From contig OZ004613.1 of NCBI GenBank assembly GCA_963924565.1, positions 6,324,001-6,388,000 on the forward strand: 64,000 nt of DNA, written 5' to 3'. Source of the stretch: Ascidiella aspersa (Eukaryota). The notes under the pieces were generated by a model that saw nothing but the letters and a program-made list of their open reading frames with translations, had not been told where the DNA came from and ran no database searches. The position numbers and the translations under genes were made by a program. Within the stretch, counting starts at the first letter, position 1. The number at the start of each line of letters is the position of its first letter. Below, one piece after another: positions 1-11,700 of the stretch.

Positions 1-1069
1 TATTCTAAACTTATTAGGTTTGTTATTTGGTACAAACTATTATTTATTCGAAAATTTTATTGTCATGTCACACTTGAACTTTAATTGCTTGAAAGTAATC
101 AGGTACTACGCACCATTATGTAACATATATTTGTATATATATATATTTTTTTTTTTTTTTCAAAAATCTTTAGGCTAAATAAATTGTCAAATATATTTTG
201 ATCAATGATATACAAAACGATGTTAATTAATTCTTCAATAATGTTTTTTGCCATAGCAAAATAATTTTAAACTTTGCTACTTTTTTAACTGGGTCATTTA
301 GATTGAATCTAAATTTATTAGGTTTGCTATTGAATACCAAATATTATTTTTTCGAAGTGTAGAGTATATACTCAGATAGGTCGTTGTTTTAAAATCGATC
401 GAGTTTCGATTTAGCACACAACTAGTTTTGAAATATACTGGCAAGAATAACTGTTTTTCGATAAACCTCAAACGCGACGCAAAAGGCAGATACAAGTGCT
501 TTGCAAAAGCGTTCTCTAGCCAAAATAAATGGCGACACCTTTTTGAAAAGCTACGGAGGCACATTGAAGTCAAAAAAATGGCGGCAAGCATTTTATCCTC
601 GGCCTAACATTTCTCGAGCAAGTTTCAAAGGAAGCCGCGTTTCCAGGTAACTCATTAGACGCCACACGTCGTTCGCAAACGTAATCAAACTAACAACAAT
701 AACGCAACCTGCGTGGGCGGTTTAAAAAAAGGGTGCGCCTCGAGATGGTATCGGCATTTCAGGAGCACAAATACCTTGCATTAACTGGAAGCCACCAGCG
801 ATGGCAAGGCATAAACCAACTATACAGGGCCGCACCCATTGCGATAAAATCTGGGTGTCAAGCGCTAAAGATTTTGCCCGCTAGAATATAGAGTGATGAT
901 CTAACAGCACGCGATTCGCATTTCGGCGCCGTGGAGATAAGTTTGGCCACTCCCAGAAAAACATCAAACACACACGAATGTGCTACCTCTGCCTGGCGTC
1001 GTTTTACGGATGCGGTTAATGTAATGCAGCTCGCTTCTTTAAGTAGCAAACAGCGTGCGCACCTGTCAG

Positions 1070-1531
1070 CAGGGACGGATTCAAGGGAGGGGGAAAGTGT
1101 CCATACCCCACCAAACTGTATTTTACCTATTTAAACTAAGTCAATAGAAACATTGTAGGCTCCGCGCGACTCTTCTTAGGTCTTTACGATATCGTAACCC
1201 ATTTTGCTAAAATCGTTTTAGCCCCAAAATAAAAGTTTTAGCGTCGTGTTTACCATCGAACACCCCAAAATAAAAGTTGTGGCAACTTTAACACGCCGAA
1301 TCTTTATCAATCGTTGTAGTTTTTGTGATAACACCCATCCAATATAAAACTATAACAAAATAACCTAGCGGTGTGGTGTTTATAAGCTAACCTTTTATAA
1401 CGTCAGTTTAGGTCTAACTTTATGACGTCACTTTTTGACGTAACTTGTAACGTTACGGCAAACTTTGTAACGGCATATCTGAAATAAATTGTTATGTCCC
1501 CCCCCAAACAAATTTTTTAGATCCGAGCCTG
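1070..1531. mobile_element. hAT-like MITE; related fragments at ~13330-13520 and ~41580-41735
   Basis: Ends CAGGGACGGATT / GATCCGAGCCTG; 8-bp flanks CCTGTCAG / CCTACCAG (6/8). The internal GACGTCAC..GACGTAACT..CAAA motif string recurs at two other places. Confidence 0.55.
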
Positions 1532-2754
1532 CCTACCAGCTGTACATAGTATCGTATAGTTAAGGAGACATGTGCTGCGCACCTGTTTGGACTTGAGCTG
1601 GGATCCAATTATCCGTGGTCGCTTGGTAATGGATGTTTATCAATAACCCGTGTCGCATTTCCCGTTTATCCACACATAACGCATTACCGCTAATAAACAG
1701 CACATGCCTGGCTAAACCTTCCGACTGGGGAAGACTTTTTCTCACTACTTTTCATCGCGGCGAACAGACAGCGACATAATGCATTAGCATGAATAGGTTT
1801 AGTCTAGATTCTTTTCATTGAAAATTTTGCATATGAGACATTAGCATCAATACGTTTAGTTTAGATTCTCTCCGAAGAAAACTCGCAGGCGAATAAAAAA
1901 TGAGAAATTTGCATTAAAAGGTTTAGTTTAATTAATAGGATCCATTTCTTCGCATTGCTTCAGCAATTTTATTACGTGTTGAAGAAATATCGCCGAGAAG
2001 CCATCTCAAGAAATCTAACCATATAAAACTACCAATGTCGGCGACCAACCAAATAAAACAGCGACACAATTTTGGGTTGCGATCCATGGGTTGAAAAACA
2101 CTGTTCGAAACGGACGTTAGCAGCTTTATCTTAGAAGGGGCATGGTAAATTTGCTCACACGTTCAGAGCCCGACTAAGGGTCGTCACTAGGACGACTTAA
2201 CAGTCGTATTTGGACCTTCGGAGTGTCGAATGTGGACCTTAACAAACATACAATTTACTCTAAAAATATTCAACTACTACGCGCTACAATTTAGTGACTT
2301 TTCGAGGAATTGGGGAAGAAACAGGTTAGCCCACTATCAGATTGGGGGAGCAATACATTTTTTGGAGGGACATATTGTTTTCGCACTGTTTCAAAATATT
2401 TAATCGTATTGAGCGGACCTAAAAATTGCGTACTTTCGTATCTGGATCATATAAGTATAGCCCTTATATTCCAGTACAATAAATCAGCATGGTGTCGTTG
2501 AAAATTAACCAAAATGTTAAAGGAAACTCACACAATGACCCTGACCAAACCAATATTCACTTTCCAACTGACAGTTTTAAGCATAAAAACGCATGTTATC
2601 AGTTAATATTCTTAGTTTTCCTGGTATTTAAGTTGCAATTGTATAAAGTCATCAAACCTGAAAATCACTACAGATAGAATTTGTTTTTTTCAACCTGTGT
2701 TAGTATCAAAAGTGGGTTGTAAAGTCAGTACTCGCTACTCGTTCCACAACTCAC

Positions 2755-5700
2755 CGAGGCCATCGTTGTCTGTGTCAAGTTGGGACGAGTTGATGATAAA
2801 AGGACAATTATCTTGGTCATCCTGAACCCCGTCGCCGTCTTTGTCCTGCGTGAAAAAGTGCGCCGTTAGAGTGTTGAACATCTCGCTACAAGTGTCGCAC
2901 AATATCACTAAATTCCACAAACCTCATGAATTAAGATATACTGACGATGGCTTTGCCGGCAAAATATATAATATATTTTAAGATCTTTAACAGAGTCTAA
3001 CTTGCATTGCTAGCTTCAAAATATACTCTGCTAGAACAGGAATTTAACATTGATTTTCATAAGGCGAAAGGCCCGCCCTCAGAACATATACACTGAGAAA
3101 AAACAAAGGCGTGAACTTCAAATCCCACATATAAACGACAAGCACCTTACAATTAAGATGTGTTACATGCACTTCCAACAACTAAATACAGAAAAAATGC
3201 ATTACCTGTTTGATAAAAAGCGTAAAAGCTTTCGGACCAAATTTTCAAGCTTCCACAGCTGTAAGGTGTGCCATTGTACGCGGCGTTTAAAGAAAGGCAA
3301 AGCGCAAACAATCAGCGCATTACAAGTGGCAGCAATCAACTAATGACGAAGGCTGAATTGCAACACCTCCCTTTTCTGTACATCAGTGAGATTTTGAGGG
3401 CGCGTCTTTGTTGAGCTTTGTTTTACTTGAATCAGTAGCAGGTGGCTAATTTCGGTGCGGTGGTTTCGCAACTATATTTCCAGATGGACATTTTATATGT
3501 GCTATGATAGTCTGAAAATGACTTATTTTTTATTCAATATGACTTGACTTTGACTAAAGTTTTTTGATAAATGACTTGACAGAGACTTAAGTCATTTCAA
3601 AATGTCTAGGCTTGCACTTTAGTTTTTTTTAAAAATGACTTGACTGGGACTTAAGTCATTTCAAAATGACTTGACTTGGACTCAAGTCCTTTAAAAAAAA
3701 CTTGACTTGAACTTCTTTAGACAGTTGACTTGACTGGGACTAAATCTTTTCAAAATGACTTGACTTGGACTTAAGTCCTTTACAAAAAGACTTGACTTGA
3801 ACTTAGGGTTTTTGACAGATGACTTGAGTAGAACTTTAACATAACTTTACAACCTGACCTAAACAAACGCAATTCTTACCACATTGTTATCGCATTGTTC
3901 ACCCAGGTTGTCGTTGTCATAGTCGGCTTGGTGAGGGTTGGGGTTATTGGGGCAATTGTCACACGCGTCACCCACTCCGTCCCCGTCCACGTCATCCTGG
4001 CCCCCGTTAGGGATCCGGGGGCAGTTGTCGTTTCGGTTTTCGATGCCTGGAATTGAAAGATGGGGAAGGTTTGGAAGCCATTTTGTGTCTTGTTTTGCGA
4101 TAAATTTTGTTTTTAACGCAATTGGAGGTAAGAACTTTTTCTAAAATTTACCCAGTAGGCTTATGGTAGCAGTGCGCATGTCCGAAATTTGCTTTATCTT
4201 CAAAAGGCTAATTAATTTACCTTTAACATTTATTTAATTCTTTTTTTTTTAAGTTAGAAAACAGAAGTTAATTTGTTATCGTAAAATCAAGGACCGATAC
4301 CATGACTTCGAATTGGGTATCGGCTCCGATCCGATATTTTCGGACATGCCAACGTGCAGCAAAGTCAGTTCATATTGCTACGTAAAAAATCCCAAATCCG
4401 TACCATCACCGTCCAGATCGAGGTCGCAGGCGTCGCCCTTGTCATCGTTGTCGACGTTTGATTGGTTGAAGTTGGCCACAGTGTCGCAATTATCGCACGC
4501 GTCGCCGATGCTGTCCGAGTCCAGGTTACGTTGGTCAGTGTTGGGAACGTAGGGGCAGTTGTCCTGGGCATTTTAAAGAAGTCGGTAATAATTACTGTTA
4601 TGTTTTATTGCTGCGACACTGTACTTAAAGATGCCGTTTAAAAAATTAACTAAACCGCTTTGATTTTAATATTCAATATGCTAGATATATATCATTGTTG
4701 CAAAACTTAACTGCAATAGCTGAAGAAATTGAGTGGCTTTAAGGTTTCGGCAAACAACAACTTAAATTAGTTCTCTAAATCAAAAGTTTTCGGGTGCATT
4801 TTAAAAATAAATTTCAATGAAACTTTACGGAAACTTATTTTAAGACGCACTACAGTCTTCATTGCATAGTTATTTATATTTTCTTCGTTTAACGATAATA
4901 AATTTCAAAAAGTTCGACACAAAATGTTATATCCGTCCCGTCATCCTGCCTTCAATGAAAAAAGTTGGCGACCCCTGATCTAAATCCCTAACCATGGTTA
5001 CAGCTGTGAACTTTGAACATAGACAGGTGTAACATCGTTAAACGGGCGATATTTTACCACGATTTTAATTGCGCCACCGTAGCTTCATTAAACTCACGTA
5101 TATATCTTCAATCCCGTCGTTATCCGAGTCTTCGTCGCAAGAATCCCCGATATCGTCTGAATCAACGTCCTCCTGACCACTGTTGGGCGTTGATGGGCAG
5201 TTGTCCTACGGAGAAACAATGTGGAACTTGTTGATTTTATAGGTGCCTTGGTGTATGTAAATCGACACTAGGGATGTCGATACAAGATGTCGAGTGCTAG
5301 TAAAAGTAATAGTCCGATACTAGGTTGGTATCGGTGCTTGTCTGACACTATAGTATGGTATCAGTTCTCTTCTGTAAGTAGGGTGGTATCGGTGCCGATC
5401 CGATACCTAATTAATATAGGAATTTCATCCATGACTCACAAAAGGTATTTTGCGATCATTTTAAGTGACAATTACTAACTTTTTTATTACCAACAACTTA
5501 TAATACCGTTAAGTTTAAAATGGTCAACTTCAAACGTTAACTTATAACACAATGAAACGCTGTTTCTAATTTTACCTTAAAAACCGCAAACACAAACTAC
5601 ACACAACGTTTTCCATAGAGTACGCAAACTACAAATCTTTATGACCCCATATTTCAACAAAACCACGTAGATCTCTGGCTCACCTTGCGGCAGTTATGTT

Positions 5701-8700
5701 CGACACAAGCAAGTGCTGCATCCGGGTATCCGTCCAGATCCGAATCCTTACCGCACATGTAGCCGTTGCCCGCCCAACCGACTCGACACTTTAAAAGGGA
5801 AAAGAAGTTCGTTTCATACGGACGCTAACAGTATTAATATATTGGTTGTTATTCTTTGTAGAGATCGATATTACTTTTTTAGACCGATACCGATCATCGA
5901 TTTTTCATATACCTGGGATAAGACAATAAATTAAATTAATAAATATTAAAATCAAAATAGCATTTCAGTTTATCTCGCCTTCCTATATTTATTTAACCCT
6001 TATTTTGCATATCAACATTGCATGATGCTGAACGAATTTTCTTTGGAAACAAAATAAGAAATATGTTTTTTAGGAAAAGCTAAACCATATTTTCATTACA
6101 AAATTTCGGCAAAAATATCGGCTTAAATTTACCGATACCGATATATCGGTAGGAGCGATAATTATTCTTTCTCTAAATTCCGTGCGTTAGTGAGATACTT
6201 GCTGCTGAACAATAAATTTACATTTTATTTACTTTACACCCCAAGCCATTATTTCTGTTAAAGTAAGTATAGTGACACAAATGATTCTAAAATCTCATTA
6301 AATCTAGCTTTTTGAAATTGGTCTGTGGCCCACCTAAAATGTTTTCATAGCCCATCAGAACCTGTCTTAGCACCTATGATCTGTGACCTCACAGTACCCT
6401 TATAGTTACCTCACAAACTGCGTGTTGACGCCTCATGTTGCACGTGGCTTTGGGGTGACAGAGCTCGGCGAATCCAAGGGCAGGGTTTCCACAAGATTGA
6501 ACCGGCTCACAACCAATCTCAGGGTTGCCGATAAACCCAGCTTTGCAACCTCCACAGTGGAACGAACCCTGAGAGTAAAGAGAGCTTCTGTGATTTCTTG
6601 AGCTATCATGCAGTGTTGTAATGACTTTAATAGGACTTCACCTGACTTGGATTTAAGTCATTAAGTTAAATGACTTGGTTGAAATTAAGCGTTTTTTTTT
6701 TAATTTTTAAATTGAGCTATTTATTTTAACGTCCGACGAGATTACCAATTTTATTGGTTTATTGTTTTATTTTGATATCAACGATTTGACTCGGAGGTGA
6801 ATTTCTTCTTGGACAACTGAAAAAGTCAACATTTTTCAGAAAAGTCGGATATGTTGAAGAAAATAGTAATATTTTAATATTTACCTAAAACCGGCAAACG
6901 TTTTTTCACATTTTAAATGATTGTTTTCGGTAAATACCAGTATATTTCTTGCCGACGTCACATTAGTTACTATTTAAGCAAACAACGAATTCTTGTTAGG
7001 GTAAAAAGGCCTTGCTAAGTTAATATACGTTACATAAATTGTGAAACACTAACCAGCGTGTTAACACAAGTACTCTGCTCAGCACAACCGCCGTTGTTTC
7101 TCGAACATTCGTCGATGTCAATGCATTCTTGTCTGAAAAACAATTTATGCTATATGTAAACTTCGACAAGATGAAGTAATAACGCAATATAACAAAAAAC
7201 ATCAAATATTTGAGCGATTTTTCACAAGTTTATATCGTTTGGTCAGCTTTTGAACCAGGCTTCAAATGTTTTAATAGGAGCCATATTTTATAACCAGCTG
7301 CTGTGTTCATCAAAGGATAGTTGTAAGTTGTATTGCAAAATTGGGTAAATTCAAAACACCGGACAAAAGTGGGCACAATTTTGTACATTGAGTAGCGCAA
7401 TACATTGTATACAATTAATACAAAAACGGCTCCTCTAGTAATTATTTTTCTTGTTTTCGGCGACCTATTCAAACAGTAATATATTTGCATTCACTCTGAA
7501 AAAGGCGATTTGAATAGGTCGCCTTAACGTTGGAGAATAAATATAAAAAGCTATAACCTACCCACCATATTTGAACTTTTACCTAGCTACCATACTACTG
7601 GCGAGAACACTAATGTAACTGAAGCTCTAAAGTTTCAACAGTTTATGTAACACAAGGCCTAATAAAAAGGTCTCACCTGCGGGTTCTTGCATATTCTAGA
7701 CCCACGCCTTCGGTGCCAGGCCCCTGGTAACCCCTGGGACACTCAGAACAGTGGTATCCCGGTTCTGTGTTGGTGCACACTGTAACCGCTGAACACGGAG
7801 TGGCTTCGAGGCACTGAACATTAACAAGCAACTCATAATATTGTAGATTTGAGACTTAAGTAATAAGGTATATTATGTAGCATTGTGCAAACGTTCGAAT
7901 GAAACAATATGCATTATTATCAACGTCATAATAAATGAATGCTGCTGTAAAATGTAGTTTATAAAATCAGAAGTTAAATCTCGTAGAAATGTTGGGAAAT
8001 CTTTGTTAACGTTTCTGCCCAGCAAAATGCGTTATTAACTTATTATTAACGTCATATTGACTATGGTTTGTTTAAGACCGTATAATTACTAACAAAGCTA
8101 CTATAAAGTAGGTAGCCTAATATTTAGTACAGGTTTTGAATAAGTCGAAAACTAGAAAAAGAGGAAAAACGAAATTGCTTGATTATAAATGCAGAAGCCA
8201 CAATACAGTTTGCTTTAAAATAAGGCACCTCAACGAGCATATTATAATATTTATGCAAGTTCTTACACGCGAAATACAAACTCTGAATTCACAGCTGGTA
8301 GCTGCATCACAAAAATAAAACAAATCGTGTTAAAATGAATGGAAAAGGGTATCTGTCATGTATAATTTTTCATGCAATCAAAGTACAAAATCTAGAAGCT
8401 GTTTTGCATTTAAGCTACTCACCTCATCTACGTCATCACACCGCCGCCCGTCACCGCGCGTTCCTATTGGACAAGGTCCGCACGTGACTTGCCGGTCTCT
8501 GGTTTCAGCACATGACGCCTGAACGTAGCAAGGGTTGGCGGTGGTACATGTTGATACCAGGGAAGCGGCTGGACCTATTCCTGGTAACATGAGAAGTTTA
8601 TTAATATTAATTATAAACCCATATTTGTGCTTTAGATCTAATCAGACTGATTTTGGTTTTCTGGTCATGGTTGTGTAGCGGTTTGCGCTCCATATTGTTA

Positions 8701-11700
8701 CCGGGTTGAAACTCCGGTCATTTAATCGAAGCAGTCTGTTGGATTGTGACGTCGTCACACCAGCCTGTGTGAATTCATCAAACTGTCAACATATTGCTAT
8801 ACTCGTGTTTCGTAAATTGCTTAGAATTTCATGTTTTTCTTTGCGTGGCAGAACCGCATTGTTATGAAATTTAATTAACGCCAGCTGGTATAAAGTATAT
8901 AGGGATTTCATTTTATACCAAAAACCAGCAGTCCCTACAGTTCAATTGTGGAGTCAGATCGCGTACGTTGGATGTAATTATCGCACGTATATCGCAAGTA
9001 CCTGTAAGTACTGTTTGTCGTTTGCAATACACTTTATTTCATTGTGACTGCGCCCCACCGTTGTATTTTACAAGAGTCCGATATTTGACAATTTATACCG
9101 ATACCCGATATATTTGACAAAAAGTTTCGCGAACCGATACCACATGACGTCATTACTGGGCGTAAAAAAGCAAAACAGATAAAATTAAAGCGTTTAAAAG
9201 TAATCGTTTGTTGTTAGACTAAAACTTGCTTTAGCGTTGCCAAGTTTATAGTTACCTTTAATTTTTAGCCTAGGCCTACTATTTTGTAATAAACAATAAA
9301 AGTCAAAGTTTAAAAACCAGAGTAAAATCAGGATCAGACATTTTTTTTAAAAGGAATATATATTTCGCCTATATTGGCATCGTCAGTTCCTTAATTCGAA
9401 TGAATCATTCTGATCCTGATTTTACTCTGGTTTTTAAACTTTGAGTTTTATTGTTTATATACGCGTCAGCGGAACAGTGATCGACAAGCAGAAACCTGCT
9501 GCCAATGGCTTTGGATTCCATAAAGATACGCCCTTCTATATATTTTGTAATAAATTTACATTTTAAATTAGAAATCGCGGCGATTGGCTGTACGTAAGGC
9601 TGAAATTCTCATATTAATTCGGTATCCGATGGACATCAATACCATCCTAGTAGTACCGATTAGACTTGGACAACTAGATTTATTTTAGCTTTTCCAAATT
9701 AGATTAGAATTAGAATTACCGAATTCCTAAAAAATCAAATTTCAACAAGAATTGAACTAGAATCATATTTAGTTTTTACAACCAATTTAATTTAATCACA
9801 ATTTATTCTTATAAGAACGTGAATGGTAAATATGTGTGTGCTAATTTGTGTGCATTTTTATGATTTTTAGCCTGTAAAAATTACATACAAGTCGTTTCAA
9901 CCAGAAAATTTTAATTGAAATTCTGTGTTTGAACTGAGAGACTAAAAATGCCGTTGGACAAAGTAGCAAAGTAGCAATTATTATTATCCATCATAAGTAG
10001 GATTTTAATTAATATTTAATTAATAATATCGTATATATAAACTGTTGCTACCAGGCATGGCAATATAAATCAAAAACAGCTTGTAATTGTTGGTTAACAA
10101 TTACAATTACCAGAGGAGCTGTTTTTGATTTATATGTCTTCGTATGTTCAGCCATGTTTTCATTTATTTTATTTCAAGTTTTCTCAAATGTTTGGAGCAA
10201 TCCTTCTTAAACCTCCCAACCTAAGGGTGAAATTCATAAACTCATATCAGGATTGATCTATGATCCCGGATCAATTGATCCGACTTTATGAATTTCACCC
10301 TTAGTAAGCTACATGCATTTGCAGCAAGAAATTAATTTAAAACCGACTCCAAAATATTTGGCCTTTTTAAAGAACCCAAGTTACTATTTCAACAAACCAG
10401 TATATTGCAAAAATACCGAAAAAAAAAGAAAAAAAGTAGTAGTATATTGCAAAAATACCGCAGGCGTGGCATCTCATCAGTGTCTCTCGCAGTCTCTCCG
10501 TCTCCAAATTCATCCTCTTGAGATCGGCCTTGAGTTGGCCGATGAGGCTGCTGAACTCTGCGAACTGACTGGTCATCACGCTGACCACGTCGTTGTCCAC
10601 CCCGATCGAGTCGGCTGCAATGAACACGCCTTGCGTTTGGCTTTGGCCTGAGGAATCACATATTCACATGCAACAACGATGGAAGCCTTAAATCGGCTTC
10701 GGTTTTACATTTCATGCCACTGGTAAAATAAACCATGGTTTGAAAGGGGAAAGGCCGGGACATAGCCTTATTATAATCTGGTGTAACACTAAATACTACA
10801 TTTAGTGAAAACACTAAACACTTAATAAAAAAAGGTATAACAAAATGTTCAAGCTGTTTGTTTTAAAGTAAAAACCTAGCATAAACTCTGAAAAAGGACA
10901 ATGTTTGTTTTTCATAATTTGATCAATAATTTACTAATTAAAACCCTACATCCCGATTTAAAAGCGATAGTGTTTGTTTAGCTTAAGGCTTTTTTTAGTT
11001 TAAGAGTGTTGTACACTTTTGAGGTTAATGCAAATACCAAGTGTACTAAATTTTAATGTTGGATCATAAATTAGCTATTAAAAACGCTCAGAGGTAACGC
11101 TCCAACTTCACTCTCAACAATTCGCCAACTCACCGAACTCAGAAAAGCCGTCACTCATAATTTGGCAATCCATCTTGACTCGGTTGATATCTTTCACTGT
11201 AGTGTCGTGCAATACTTGCAAGCGTGAGATGGTCAGGTAGGCGACGTCCGGTTCTCCAACAGCAAACTAAAATAAACAACTTTTTCGTTAAGGTCTTGTG
11301 GTTAACTATAAAAGTGTGATAGGTTTTTAATGTATTTTACACCATATAGACCCTTTTATGTCAAACATTTACAATGTGAAAATACATCCGTGAAATAAAT
11401 GTATTATGTCGCTGACATTTTCGCATAATCAATCAGATTCGAGCTTTATGGTTAAATTATGTTCTTTATGTTTTGGTTATAATTTTTATCCTTTTCGTAT
11501 AATGGTTTTGGCAAATTGTTTAACGTGCAAAAGTTGAGATAAATTTAAATAAAAATCGCTTTGATTTGCGAGATATTTGACAAAATTTTCAAGTCATTAT
11601 TCCAAAAGACTTAAGTCAAGTTAAGTCTTTTTAGTCGAAAGACTTAAGTCAAGTTAAGTCACTTTAGTCAAAAGATCCAAGTCAAGTCATTTGAAAAACA

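Noticed and set aside
3520-3830. CRISPR-like or telomeric reading of the GACTT arrays and TAACCC-rich patches (34100-34190, 36020-36120)
   Set aside because: Eukaryotic context with no repeat-spacer periodicity; these are MITE interiors.
8663-8720. Possible tRNA gene (A-box-like TGTGTAGCGG, B-box-like GGGTTGAAACTCC)
   Set aside because: No anticodon arm or full cloverleaf; at most a SINE relic.
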